A DNA stretch of 64,000 nucleotides from an uncultured virus (IMG/VR IMGVR_UViG_3300025133_008129) (Duplodnaviria; Heunggongvirae; Uroviricota; Caudoviricetes): IMG/VR virus record IMGVR_UViG_3300025133_008129. The stretch is one strand, 5' to 3'. The translations under genes and the position numbers were made by a program. Positions 27,562 to 38,768 of the stretch are shown piece by piece (position 1 is the stretch's first letter; each line of letters begins with the position of its first letter). The notes under the pieces are model-generated. The model did no database searches, was not told the origin of the DNA, and saw only the letters and a program-made list of their open reading frames with translations.

Positions 27562-30500
27562 ATGGCGAATGAATCAAAATTTTTAAAATGGCAAGACGAA
27601 GATCATGATGGTCTTATAGATGTATGTGATGATGTAATTGATGTTGAGGCAAATAAGTGCTTAAATTGCTCTCCCAATCCGACAGCCATCAAAGTAGATT
27701 GGAAAAAGAAAACAGTAGAAGAGCCGTTCTTAAATGAGAGGACATGTGAATATCAAGTAACAGTAATCACACCCTATACAACCGTAGTTGATGAATCATT
27801 GATAGGTTCTGAAGATGAAAACTCACAAGAGGTGATAGACTCTTTGAGAGACAGATATGAAGAATTTGTAGATGATGTTATTGAGTCTTTAATAGTTTTT
27901 TACGATAAGGAAGATAGTGGAGCATCAAGAACAAAGATAAAAGAAGCAATAAAGTATAGTAAGTATTGGCTGGATCCTCGTCCCAATTCACGACTTAAAC
28001 TACTCTTTTCTGTTCCGTTCGACACATTATTTGAAATAGGTCCATATAACTCAGAAGATGAGTACGAAGAGCCAGAACCAGGAGAAATGACAGTCTCCTA
28101 CAACGCCGGAGATTTATCCACAAAAATGATTAGAATCCGGAAGGGATTGAATCTTTACGGACGATATCTAAAAGTATATCGAGCTATTGATGGGGGTAAT
28201 TTATTCTTCAAGGAAGACAACAAGATCTTCAACCTCGAAGACTATGGAGACTCCACACTTTTTACAAGTTCCATTATGTCAAGCTTAATAGACTATTTAA
28301 ACGGGTTTTTAGAGTCAAAGAATCTCAACCTGCCAGGTGTTGGTGGCATAATGTTTTATGCCGACAAGGTCACAAAATTAGAATTTAAATTTAATAATTA
28401 CCAGCCACAGTCGTTAAAAGTGTGGACTGAATCTTGTGGAGAAAAGCCGAAGTTTTATAATAAGAAAAGATTAAGAGGATTTATAAAATCACCGCCATGG
28501 AAAGATAAAACAGCAGTCGCATATTTCGTACAATTATACCAGATGGAAGCCTCACTGTCCGCGAGATCCCAAATACCATGGGAAGAATTTGTAATACAAT
28601 ACACATATCCAACAATTTATTCTTCACTTAAAACAGAAGAGGAAGAAGAATCCAGACAGGTGATGGGTTGTATAGGCGAAGCGCTAGAACAAGAAGCAAA
28701 AGAACTTGGTCAGGATATCTTAGATGAAGTGTTTGACCTCGGAGACGCAATTGCCTATAAATTCAGAAAGAGTATTTGCCAATCAGAAAATTCAGAATCG
28801 AGACAAGATAAAATAAATGTTGGTTTAGTATATGATCCAGACACCAACACCAGACAAAATATCTTTGCCATGGCCCAAATGCAAGCACTTAAGGAGTTAG
28901 ACGAAAGCGATCAGATATTTACTCAAATGTGCGCTAGAATCCTGGCATCCATGACTCCCTTTGGTTCAGTACAGAAGAAGATGGATCAACTGTGGGAGTT
29001 TGGGTTCGAAAGAATAAAGGCATGCGGACTTCTTGATTTGTTACTGGATGCTATCAAATGTTTGATGGGGGGTCTTACGTTTGAAGAGGCCATGGCTAGC
29101 ATGATCAAGAGCGCCCTTAAATCAATGTCGATCGAAAACTTCGGAGATTTATTTGTAGGAATCCCTCCCGAAAAACAAGATGAACTCGACGCGTTAGTTA
29201 AAAAGAAATTAGAGTCCGGTGATATTTTCCCAGAAGGTAGCACAAATCAACAAATTTCAAATATAATGGCCTCCGGCACCTCATACTCTAAGCCATGGGA
29301 AATCCAATCTGTAATAGACCAAGAGAGAAACAGTAAAAAGGAGGGCGCGTATGAGGGTTCAGTAGCTCCGCCGGCCTCTTATTCAAAAGAAGCAGCGGAG
29401 TCATCAACCGCGACCAGAAGGACACTGGCTCAACAGTTTGATGTAGCCGGCAACGCCCAAGATGAATTATCGCCTGATATTGTTATGGAAGCATATGTAA
29501 TGGCATTGATAGAGGTGTATTCTGACAATCTGTTAGCATTGGTGGATGAACTTAACAAGTTCCCGGGCGCACAAATAATAGCCGGCATAATAGCAATGTT
29601 AGATTGTCCGATGCCGCCTCTGTTTAATCCCGATCTGCTTAGTTTTATTAAGGATATCGAGCTACCGTTTTGTCGTGACATGTCAGAGATTAGAACAATT
29701 AGAATGGAAAATCCATTTACTTGGATCCCAAAATTAAAAGATATAATGAGCGCGCTGTGGGAAGCAATAAAATTTGCTGTTCAGCAGCTTATTATGGCAA
29801 TTGTTTTAAAATTGATGGTTAAAATATGTCAGATAATTGGAGACGCAATCTGTAAGGCGCTAGAAACAACAGGCAAATTAGCCGCCGCCGTACCGGCGGT
29901 GTTACAAGGGAGCACCACTTTTAAGGAAGTTGTAGGAGACGCTATCTGCGGACCATTAGCAGATGACGCACAAGTAGAAGATACTATGGTTGAAATGATG
30001 GCTTCTATGGGGGCCGGCTCAGCCGCCTTAGCCAATCGCGATCAAGTATTAAGATTCACAGAAGATTTATCTTCCTCTACCACAAGGGCAGAGCTGATAG
30101 AAGGTTTTCTCGGAAATCCATCACAGGATTTGATAGATATCGGGACGCAACTTCTGGAGTTTGAATATCCAGAATTGGGCGAAGCTATGCCCACCCCACA
30201 ATCATTTGGAAGATTTATCACCAACGTTGGTAATGTAATGCCGGGCGATTTTAAAAAACAACTAAGAGAAATGTTAGATGAATCCCCGGAACTTGAAGGC
30301 CTTCCAGCAAACCCCACATTATGTGCAACTCAAGAGCAGATAGACAACTTTAATGAGTTGCGCTGTACCCTATTAGACGGCCGCGCTACAAAAGAACAAT
30401 GCGAACAGATGTTAGCTGATAATAAGAGTGATCTGTTAGATGATTTATCATCTCTTGGGGATGTGCTCCAGGGCGGCATACCAAACTATATCAACAGTAA

Positions 30501-33500
30501 CATGCCACCAATAATCTCGCAACCTGGATGTGATGATGGAATATTCCCACACATGCCAGAGGCATTAAAGTCTGCCGGTAGCCAAGTTCTTAAGAATGAT
30601 TTGGAGATGCTTAAAATAGACTTTGCCAAGGACATGTTAGGAAATGGCGGCCTTTTTGCCGGCGATGACGATTGGGGATTTATGAATATGGTATTATCGG
30701 ATACTGAAGGAAACCCCTTGACCGCTCATTGGAGGAAAGCACACAATAATAATGATTATGTAAACTTTGCAACAAATGCGTCCAACGGTGGTTCTGCCTC
30801 TCAAGGATTTTGGGCATCATTTCAAAAAAATAAATCATTCCCACAACAACACGGACAGTTCCCAACGTACGTGGGTTCATGGTTAATGCGCCAATTCTTG
30901 GTCGCCGGCGAAAGTGATAATATGCCTCCAGCCGACTGCGGGGAAGGGCCATCCTCTGCAATGACAATGGCCTATGCGACCGATCTGTCAAGCGGTTTAG
31001 AATTTAATTCCAAAAATGATATTTCAACCGCGCGAATATATAAAAAGAGTTTTTCAGACTTAGGGTTTGATACGTTTTTTGGTGGTGGCATAGATCTCTT
31101 CATGCTTCCTGATTTTGGTTATAACACAACATATGATACAAATTTAGCAACTGAACAGGTGATCATAACACGCGAACCACGCAAAGCAAACCCTGACATT
31201 TCTTTAAAATATAGAGATAATGCGGCAGGGTACCGCTCTTCGCCCAGATCTGATGATCGTACCTCTAACCCTAATTATAGTTATGGGTTTAACGTTAATT
31301 TATACATATCTGATATAGCTGAGGTTCAAGAAGAATACGAATACCGCGTACGAGAATTAACACCGGAGGAAATGGAAGAGTTTAGTGTGGGGGATCCATC
31401 GGATCTAGGAGTAACTGCAATTGCAACCCGCGGCACCGGTGTCTATGCAAACCGACCAGATGATAGCGCGCGAATAAAAATAACTGAGTATATCAACCAA
31501 AGGGCCGCGGTACAATCGCCAGAATCAGAATTAGTTACACAGGAACCATGGATCCAGGAAGTCATCCCAGTACCAGACTGGTTAGGCAATATACCGGTTG
31601 TAGGCTGGGCTATGGCCGGCCTACTATCACTTATTAACGTTAGTTTTTCGTTATTATCAGTGATGGTCGGGGCGCTCTTACCAAGCTTCGAAGAAGAACA
31701 AATTATTAAAAATAGAAGATATGAATTTTTATCTGTTGATGATGGGTTAGAAGACATCGACATGTCGCTATATCCAAATTTTGGTGCGTGCTTCGAACAA
31801 ACCCGCGAATATATCCCACAAGTATCATTATTATCAGAGATGGTATCTAATAGCCCATCATCTGGCACTCTCTACGAATCAGACGCAAAAAACGAGCATG
31901 ATTTATGGATGACCAAATTTTTTAAAATGTTTTCCAAAGAAATCGGCGAGAACCTATCCGGATGGAAATACGGCGCCCAATACGACTCTCTTACAGCGGC
32001 CGATGCTGAGTACTTAATTCCAGAAGGCCAGAAAGATCAAGGAAACTTATATTCAGAAGGCGAACCAATTTGGGATGATGAACTTAATCCCCCCGGTTAC
32101 CGCGAAGCAGAAAACGATGATATGTTAATGGGGGTCAGCCGAGATCAATATAGAAGAGGAGAAGATGCAAGAGTAATGTATCTTGATCCAAATAAATACG
32201 GCGGATCATATACTCGCCCACCAATATATGTTAAACCACTTAAATATGATGGCTGGTTAGGATTAGTAAATGCGCTGTTTCCTGAATATACACCGTGTAA
32301 GCCACACAACACCGATATAATTGATTTTGGAGAAATACAAGACAGGATAACGGACTTATACTCTAAAATACCTGATGATCCAAGATTAAAATCAGATCCA
32401 GAATGCGCTGTTGAAGTACCATACAATAGAATTCTAGACCGTCCAGCCCGGGCCGGCATGGCAGGTATTATTGAAACTGCGATTCGAATATACGCGACTG
32501 TACATTTTTTCAAATCGATCGCAACCTTCTCTAAAATAATGCCTAAGTTCCCTGATAATTTTAGTTCATTATACTCTTCCTATATTGTAGAGGTAATGGA
32601 AGAGTCCTTTAAAGACGCCCAATCGGGATTTTGGGAGTTCTTTACACCGTTCAAAGACGAAGAGTTTTGGTATGCATTCTTGGAACAATCAGTCCAATAC
32701 TATGCTTGGCGCGTTGATCAAGATGAGATTGTGGCGCCCAACAGTGTTTTGGCAGCATTGGGTAGATTAAATAATGTTCAAGAGCACTACAATTTTCCAT
32801 GGCTAGCCGACCTATGGCACGCCAAAGAAGTTGATGAAGCAGGAGAACTACAAACACTTAAAGGCTACAGACAAGATAAGAATCTAGAAACGGTCAAGGT
32901 ATCAGAAGAGGATGCAAAGTTAGTACTAAAAGAATTAGTAAATGAACAGCTAACAATGATGGGACAGAGGCTAATAAAGAATCTTGAATCACAAGGATTT
33001 ACTCCGGAGATTTTTGATCTAGACCTCTGGCTATTCTCTAATATGTGCTCTGGTGGAGAGAATTTAGTATTCTATAGTCCAGATTTTATTGAACAAAACG
33101 TAGGATTACCAACAGAAGGCTCAGAACACTATACACCCGGAGGCCAATTTAGAATTGCAATTTCAAACGATCCAGATAGTTTAGGATTAGGCTCCGAATA
33201 TGTTGGGTATTTTCATGTTCGCGAAAATGAATCCGGAGAGACAGAATATATGTCAGGCGAACACCATACTGGAGAGCCACACGATGTCTTGAGGCCAATA
33301 GCAAACTTGATTGAGGTCGGAACAAATAAAAGAGAAGAAGTAACTGAGGCTGATGAATCGGGTGATTACTCTAAAACAACAGAGGAGTGGGTAGGTTTCG
33401 GCGACGTGGCAGAATATGGAACAGCACCCTACGACGCCGAAAACCCATTCACGATAGAGAAATACATTAGTATTGACGGTAGTAAATCTGACACCGCGAC

Positions 33501-34512
33501 CGCGATTGCAGCAATAACTGCAAACCCTCCGGGCCTATTGCTGTCAGAGGTGTATCCTGGAAGCCTTAAAGAAGTAATGAGTGAGCCAACCGAGCCTGGC
33601 CACGTGCCAGAAGTAGTTGGTATAGAAGGAGCCTTGGGAGTTAGATATGGAATTCAATTTAGTTATAATTCCCCATCGGCCGGAAGAGTTCCAATAACTA
33701 GTGTAGAGGTAGATGCCTTAGACTTGCCGGTAGAGGCGGTTGCGCCACTGACAGCAAACAGTCATAATTTATTATGTCTTCTTAAAAAACTAAAAGAGGA
33801 CCAAAAATATAAATTGATGGTTAAATACATATTCCCGATTCCAAAAGTGATATCGACCTTAGCTATTTATAATGATATGGGTTTCATATCATCTATTGGA
33901 GAAGTGACTGTTGGCGTAGGTGATCACCACAAACAAGTTAAATTATCTGATCCCAATGATCCCATGGCCGGATCCATCCCCCTGTTCTCGGCCAACAATG
34001 TACCATCGAATGGAGGCGACGGCGAGGCAAATTCTTTCTTTGCAAATGAAGTTATTCAACAAAAACCAGGGGCAGTCGCTTTTGTAAAAACAGGGATGGA
34101 GGCCGGCCCAGACATAAGCAGTCCATGGAACAGTGAAAAAATGATCGAAGGCCCACCATTGAAGACATTTGAAGGATTAGAAGCGAGAGGCAATGAAGGT
34201 TGGCAATCTTGGATAGATCGGCAGCCGGGCCTCTTATCAGGAATGTTTGTGTTAGAATTTGATAGTTGGGATCGAGTGCTGTTACGAAATTCAAAGTCTA
34301 GAATTAAAAAGATCTTTAGGTCATATTACAATTCAAGACACTTCACCCCAGGCGATGATTTGGGCGGCAACGCAGCCAACCTATTCATTAAAAATCTTAA
34401 AGCCCGTATAATACCATCTCCAGGTAAGGGTATCTTATCTTGGTTCCAGCGCGGTCGCTTGCGTCCAAATCCATATAATGCCGAAGGTAAATTGTGTGAT
34501 AAAAGTGACTAA
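27562..34512 (+). CDS. giant acidic (2316 aa) putative virion/baseplate protein
   Basis: Uninterrupted ORF with an N-terminal DEDHDGLID Ca-binding-like motif and a helical middle; directly upstream of gp25. Confidence 0.75.
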   Translation: MANESKFLKWQDEDHDGLIDVCDDVIDVEANKCLNCSPNPTAIKVDWKKKTVEEPFLNERTCEYQVTVITPYTTVVDESLIGSEDENSQEVIDSLRDRYEEFVDDVIESLIVFYDKEDSGASRTKIKEAIKYSKYWLDPRPNSRLKLLFSVPFDTLFEIGPYNSEDEYEEPEPGEMTVSYNAGDLSTKMIRIRKGLNLYGRYLKVYRAIDGGNLFFKEDNKIFNLEDYGDSTLFTSSIMSSLIDYLNGFLESKNLNLPGVGGIMFYADKVTKLEFKFNNYQPQSLKVWTESCGEKPKFYNKKRLRGFIKSPPWKDKTAVAYFVQLYQMEASLSARSQIPWEEFVIQYTYPTIYSSLKTEEEEESRQVMGCIGEALEQEAKELGQDILDEVFDLGDAIAYKFRKSICQSENSESRQDKINVGLVYDPDTNTRQNIFAMAQMQALKELDESDQIFTQMCARILASMTPFGSVQKKMDQLWEFGFERIKACGLLDLLLDAIKCLMGGLTFEEAMASMIKSALKSMSIENFGDLFVGIPPEKQDELDALVKKKLESGDIFPEGSTNQQISNIMASGTSYSKPWEIQSVIDQERNSKKEGAYEGSVAPPASYSKEAAESSTATRRTLAQQFDVAGNAQDELSPDIVMEAYVMALIEVYSDNLLALVDELNKFPGAQIIAGIIAMLDCPMPPLFNPDLLSFIKDIELPFCRDMSEIRTIRMENPFTWIPKLKDIMSALWEAIKFAVQQLIMAIVLKLMVKICQIIGDAICKALETTGKLAAAVPAVLQGSTTFKEVVGDAICGPLADDAQVEDTMVEMMASMGAGSAALANRDQVLRFTEDLSSSTTRAELIEGFLGNPSQDLIDIGTQLLEFEYPELGEAMPTPQSFGRFITNVGNVMPGDFKKQLREMLDESPELEGLPANPTLCATQEQIDNFNELRCTLLDGRATKEQCEQMLADNKSDLLDDLSSLGDVLQGGIPNYINSNMPPIISQPGCDDGIFPHMPEALKSAGSQVLKNDLEMLKIDFAKDMLGNGGLFAGDDDWGFMNMVLSDTEGNPLTAHWRKAHNNNDYVNFATNASNGGSASQGFWASFQKNKSFPQQHGQFPTYVGSWLMRQFLVAGESDNMPPADCGEGPSSAMTMAYATDLSSGLEFNSKNDISTARIYKKSFSDLGFDTFFGGGIDLFMLPDFGYNTTYDTNLATEQVIITREPRKANPDISLKYRDNAAGYRSSPRSDDRTSNPNYSYGFNVNLYISDIAEVQEEYEYRVRELTPEEMEEFSVGDPSDLGVTAIATRGTGVYANRPDDSARIKITEYINQRAAVQSPESELVTQEPWIQEVIPVPDWLGNIPVVGWAMAGLLSLINVSFSLLSVMVGALLPSFEEEQIIKNRRYEFLSVDDGLEDIDMSLYPNFGACFEQTREYIPQVSLLSEMVSNSPSSGTLYESDAKNEHDLWMTKFFKMFSKEIGENLSGWKYGAQYDSLTAADAEYLIPEGQKDQGNLYSEGEPIWDDELNPPGYREAENDDMLMGVSRDQYRRGEDARVMYLDPNKYGGSYTRPPIYVKPLKYDGWLGLVNALFPEYTPCKPHNTDIIDFGEIQDRITDLYSKIPDDPRLKSDPECAVEVPYNRILDRPARAGMAGIIETAIRIYATVHFFKSIATFSKIMPKFPDNFSSLYSSYIVEVMEESFKDAQSGFWEFFTPFKDEEFWYAFLEQSVQYYAWRVDQDEIVAPNSVLAALGRLNNVQEHYNFPWLADLWHAKEVDEAGELQTLKGYRQDKNLETVKVSEEDAKLVLKELVNEQLTMMGQRLIKNLESQGFTPEIFDLDLWLFSNMCSGGENLVFYSPDFIEQNVGLPTEGSEHYTPGGQFRIAISNDPDSLGLGSEYVGYFHVRENESGETEYMSGEHHTGEPHDVLRPIANLIEVGTNKREEVTEADESGDYSKTTEEWVGFGDVAEYGTAPYDAENPFTIEKYISIDGSKSDTATAIAAITANPPGLLLSEVYPGSLKEVMSEPTEPGHVPEVVGIEGALGVRYGIQFSYNSPSAGRVPITSVEVDALDLPVEAVAPLTANSHNLLCLLKKLKEDQKYKLMVKYIFPIPKVISTLAIYNDMGFISSIGEVTVGVGDHHKQVKLSDPNDPMAGSIPLFSANNVPSNGGDGEANSFFANEVIQQKPGAVAFVKTGMEAGPDISSPWNSEKMIEGPPLKTFEGLEARGNEGWQSWIDRQPGLLSGMFVLEFDSWDRVLLRNSKSRIKKIFRSYYNSRHFTPGDDLGGNAANLFIKNLKARIIPSPGKGILSWFQRGRLRPNPYNAEGKLCDKSD

Positions 34513-34543
34513 TAGAATAATTATATAATAGGAGGGATATAAA

Positions 34544-34912
34544 ATGGCTTCAATCGGGGTAGCCTTACCAATAACAAAAGACTCTGCGGACGGCTTTACA
34601 ATGCTCAAGAGCTTCAGGAAAACCATTAAGCAAAACTTCAAGATGTTAATTTTAACCTCCCCGGGAGAGCGTGTCATGGAGCCAGAATTCGGAGTAGGAA
34701 TAAGAAGATTTTTATTTGAGAACTATGATGACTCCCTCCCTTACAAGATGGAAAGCAGAATTAGAGAACAAGTAAAAATGTTTATGCCAGTTATAAGCAT
34801 ATCACAAGTTAATTTTGATTTTGAGCAATCTGGCCAAAACGTACTTGGATTAACTATAGTTTATAGTATTCCAACAGTTGGACCCGCTGAAATGCTACAT
34901 ATTACTATTTAA
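34544..34912 (+). CDS. baseplate wedge protein, T4 gp25/GPW family
   Basis: QN-K-LILT-PGER-M-PEFG-G...LFE signature; GGAGG RBS. Confidence 0.9.
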   Translation: MASIGVALPITKDSADGFTMLKSFRKTIKQNFKMLILTSPGERVMEPEFGVGIRRFLFENYDDSLPYKMESRIREQVKMFMPVISISQVNFDFEQSGQNVLGLTIVYSIPTVGPAEMLHITI

Positions 34913-34926
34913 AAAGGAGGATTTTT

Positions 34927-36723
34927 ATGAGTTCGGATCAAAAAAAGATAGTTCCTATCAACTATACAAATAGAGAATTTGAAGGGATAAGGCAAGATTT
35001 ATTAGAATTGGCCGAGCGCCTATATCCCGATTCTTTTCAAGATTTTAGTGAAGCTTCCTTTGGATCGCTAATGATAGATTCCGTAGCGTATGTCGGTGAT
35101 CAGCTATCATTTTACATGGATTACAATATTAATGAATCCTTTTTGGATACGGCATATCAATATAACAATGTATTAAGAATGGGCCGTACAATGGGGTACA
35201 AGCATACTGGACGCCCATCAACCTATGGTACCGCCGCCATCTTTGTAATAGTCCCAGCTAGCCCAACCGGTATTGGTCCAGATACAAATTATATTCCGGT
35301 CCTAAAAAGAGGCACCAGATTTTCATCTGATAATAATCTTAACTTTGTATTATTAGAGAATATAGATTTTTCTGATCCTAAAAATCCAGTAGTGGTGGCC
35401 AAAGTTAATACCGCAACCGGCGCCCCAACATCCTTCGCAATAAAATCATATGGTAATGTGGTATCAGGATATTTTAGTCGCACTGATGTAGTTGTTGGCG
35501 CCTACGAAAGATTTAAGAGAATTAAGCTTCCTATTCCTGAATTGGCAGAAATAATATCTGTCTTTGACTCCCAAGGAAATGAGTTTTACGAAGTAGATTA
35601 TCTATCCCAAGACATGATATTTAAGGAAGTAACAAATAAAAATTATAAAAACGACAACGTTCCATCAATTTTAAAGCCATTTTTGGTTTCTAGAAAGTTT
35701 ATAGTAGAGAGAGACAGAAATAATGTTTATTTACAATTTGGCTCAGGGCAAATAGGTGACAGTGAGATAGTCGCTGACCCACAAACTGTCGTTATGGAGA
35801 TCTTCGGAAAAAACTATACATCTGATACAACTTTTGATCCTACAAGGTTATCAAAAAATAAAAGTTTAGGAATAGTTCCTTCAAATACAACGCTATCAAT
35901 CTCTTATCGTGTTACTAACCCTTCAAATTCAAATGTAGCTGTCGGATCATTAAACAGGGTTGGAAATGCTTTGTTCGATTTTGAAGATCGCTCGATTCTC
36001 AATAGCACCGAGATGGGAAATGTAATAGCCTCTCTTGAAATATCGAACGAAGAGCCAATTACAGGAGACGTTACAAACGCAAATACTTCTGAGATAAAAA
36101 GAAGAATATTTGATACATTCCCAACACAAAACAGAGCGGTCACCCAAGCTGATTATGAAAATTTGAGTTATAGAATGCCAGCGAAGTTTGGGTCTATAAA
36201 AAGAGTATCAGCGCAGAGAGATCCAGATTCCAAGAAAAGGAATCTCAATATGTATGTGATTTCAGAGGATAGCTTTGGAAAATTGGTCAGCACCAACACA
36301 ACAATTAAAAATAATTTAAAAACTTGGCTAAATCAGCATAGAATGATAAACGATACTTTAGATATAATCGATCCCTATATTATTAATTATGGAATTGAGT
36401 TTATAATTAAACCATCTGCCGGCGCCGATAAATATGTAACTTTAAATTCAGCGGTAGAAGCTTTAAGAGAAAGATTTAAGGCTCCAATGTATATTGGGGA
36501 ACCAATCTATATAAGTGATATATATTCAACGCTTAAAGAATCTCCGGGAGTATTAGACGTTATAAAAGTCAGGCTCACAAATAAAACGGGCACGAACTAT
36601 TCAAACACTAATATAGATATAAATAAAAATCTTTCGCCCAACGGAGATTACTTGATAATACCAAAGAACGCAATCGCCGAAATGAAGTATCCAGAGAGTG
36701 ATATCCAAGGAAAAATTAGATAA
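34927..36723 (+). CDS. baseplate wedge subunit (T4 gp6 / baseplate J-like)
   Basis: Y-NREF..IR..L, DFSE-S-G..ID..AY-GD-LSFY-D..NE-FL-TA, QFG-G, QNRAVT..DY. Confidence 0.88.
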   Translation: MSSDQKKIVPINYTNREFEGIRQDLLELAERLYPDSFQDFSEASFGSLMIDSVAYVGDQLSFYMDYNINESFLDTAYQYNNVLRMGRTMGYKHTGRPSTYGTAAIFVIVPASPTGIGPDTNYIPVLKRGTRFSSDNNLNFVLLENIDFSDPKNPVVVAKVNTATGAPTSFAIKSYGNVVSGYFSRTDVVVGAYERFKRIKLPIPELAEIISVFDSQGNEFYEVDYLSQDMIFKEVTNKNYKNDNVPSILKPFLVSRKFIVERDRNNVYLQFGSGQIGDSEIVADPQTVVMEIFGKNYTSDTTFDPTRLSKNKSLGIVPSNTTLSISYRVTNPSNSNVAVGSLNRVGNALFDFEDRSILNSTEMGNVIASLEISNEEPITGDVTNANTSEIKRRIFDTFPTQNRAVTQADYENLSYRMPAKFGSIKRVSAQRDPDSKKRNLNMYVISEDSFGKLVSTNTTIKNNLKTWLNQHRMINDTLDIIDPYIINYGIEFIIKPSAGADKYVTLNSAVEALRERFKAPMYIGEPIYISDIYSTLKESPGVLDVIKVRLTNKTGTNYSNTNIDINKNLSPNGDYLIIPKNAIAEMKYPESDIQGKIR

Positions 36724-38768
36724 TGGCTATTAAAAAATACTATGCGATTGCTGATAACACAATTACAAACGCTTACAAGCTAAATCTATCTACGAGAGCA
36801 ACCGGCGCCAACGCCGGCGCCGCAGATATTATGGAGATCTATTCAATTTATGGCCGCCAATCTACATCTTCGGCAGAGATCTCCAGAGCACTGATTAAAT
36901 TCCCCATATCCGAGATAACATCAGATCGAAGCAACTCAAAGATTCCGGCCTCCGGAAGTGTAAAATTCTATTTAAAGCTCCATAATGCAGAACACTCTAA
37001 GACTGTACCAACGGGCAGTTTTACAATTGTGGCAGAACCAATCTCAGCGGATTGGGAAGAGGGCTTCGGCCTGGATCTTGAGGCATACAAAGATATTACC
37101 AATGGGAATAAGGGCTCAAACTGGATCGCCAGAAAGGGCGAAGGCTTACAAGAAATCACTAAGGTGACTTTCACATCGACGAACAAGGCACATTACGCAG
37201 CCGGCGCCGGTGCAAACTACATAATAGCATATAATGGTAATAGGGCTTATAATCTGTGGTTCAACAACGGATCTGATTCCGCACCATCAGCCGACGGCGC
37301 AGAAGTAGAAGTTGATATAAGTTCTGCTGGATCGAGCACTGCTGCAGTCGCTGCAGAATTTCAATCGACAACTAATGCTTTGGCCGCGTTTGATTCAAAC
37401 GTTGACCCGACAAATTCTGCAATAGTATATCTATCATCAAGCCTCGAAGGCGGTCACACAGACACATCAGTTGAGGGAACTATATCCGGTATAACTTTGG
37501 CAGTTCAGCAAGATGGAAACAACGAGATACCATGGACAAAAGTTGGTGGAGATTATATCACAGCTGCAAACGCTGCATATCCTTATCGCTGGTTTAGTCA
37601 AAGCTTCACTTCTGGGTTGGAAGACATAGAAATTGATATTACTCAAATGGTGGAGTTGTGGTCCGCTGGTACGGTTGATAATTATGGACTTGGAGTGCAT
37701 CTTTCTGGAGCCTTCGAACCATATTTCTCAACCGATTTTGATCCAACATACAGTGGATATATACAGAATACAACCGGTTCAACGGTTTCATATTACACAA
37801 AGAGACTCTTTGCAAGGGGCTCACAATACTTTTATAAGCGCCCAGCCATCGAAGCTAGGTGGGATTCTAGCAAGAAAGACGATCGCGGCAATATATTTTA
37901 CAGCAGTTCTCTAGCTGGTGTCAATGATAACCTGAATACTTTGTTTTTGTATAATTACGTTCGTGGCAAATTGGCAAATATCCCCTCAATTGGCACAGAT
38001 GCAATATACGTGAGCTTTTATTCTGGGTCCGCGGATAACTCGGTACCTACTGGTAGCCTACAGACGTCTTCATACACCCCAAACCCCCCGGGAGCCCACT
38101 CACGCGCAGCCATAGAACTTCCAACTACTCTCCCTCATCAATGGGTTATGGACGATGATGGCACAGTTAGCACAAACCCATATGTTGTGACCGGCGCTTG
38201 GGTATCAACCGGCATTTATAGTGCTTCTTTCGCCATAACAGGTGCTACAAACCCTCTTACGAAGATATTCGATGTTTGGCACGATGGAACAGGCAAGAAC
38301 CACCCATGGGCAAGTGTGGAGTTCGCAACCTCCTCGTTCGAGCCACTCAACATGAGTGCTTCTTACTCTATGGCTGAGCCCACATACCATCTTAAAATAA
38401 CTAACCTTAAAGACAGTTATAGTTCAAGTGAAAATGCACGTTTTAACTTATTTATTAGAGAAAAGAATTGGAAACCAACAATTTATACAACTTCCAAAAC
38501 AACCATAAAAAGTAAATCGATGTTGAGTGCTTCGTATAGAGTATTTAGAACGATCGATGCCCACGAAGCTATCCCATATGGAACAGGAAGCAATCTACAC
38601 ACCATGATGTCTTATGATAGTATGGGAAATTACTTCGATGTAGATATGAGTTTATTAGAGCCTGGGTATGCATATGCCTTTAAGTTCTCATTCTATGATA
38701 GTTCGTTGAATAGCTGGATAGAACAACCACAGACCTTTAAATTTAGAGTAGAGAATTATGAGCATTAA
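36723..38768 (+). CDS. virion structural protein (baseplate/tail-associated)
   Basis: D-TI, SR-LI-F, W-EG-G, DIT..V..W..G...N-G pattern typical of baseplate-adjacent proteins; Ser/Thr-rich. Confidence 0.7.
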   Translation: MAIKKYYAIADNTITNAYKLNLSTRATGANAGAADIMEIYSIYGRQSTSSAEISRALIKFPISEITSDRSNSKIPASGSVKFYLKLHNAEHSKTVPTGSFTIVAEPISADWEEGFGLDLEAYKDITNGNKGSNWIARKGEGLQEITKVTFTSTNKAHYAAGAGANYIIAYNGNRAYNLWFNNGSDSAPSADGAEVEVDISSAGSSTAAVAAEFQSTTNALAAFDSNVDPTNSAIVYLSSSLEGGHTDTSVEGTISGITLAVQQDGNNEIPWTKVGGDYITAANAAYPYRWFSQSFTSGLEDIEIDITQMVELWSAGTVDNYGLGVHLSGAFEPYFSTDFDPTYSGYIQNTTGSTVSYYTKRLFARGSQYFYKRPAIEARWDSSKKDDRGNIFYSSSLAGVNDNLNTLFLYNYVRGKLANIPSIGTDAIYVSFYSGSADNSVPTGSLQTSSYTPNPPGAHSRAAIELPTTLPHQWVMDDDGTVSTNPYVVTGAWVSTGIYSASFAITGATNPLTKIFDVWHDGTGKNHPWASVEFATSSFEPLNMSASYSMAEPTYHLKITNLKDSYSSSENARFNLFIREKNWKPTIYTTSKTTIKSKSMLSASYRVFRTIDAHEAIPYGTGSNLHTMMSYDSMGNYFDVDMSLLEPGYAYAFKFSFYDSSLNSWIEQPQTFKFRVENYEH

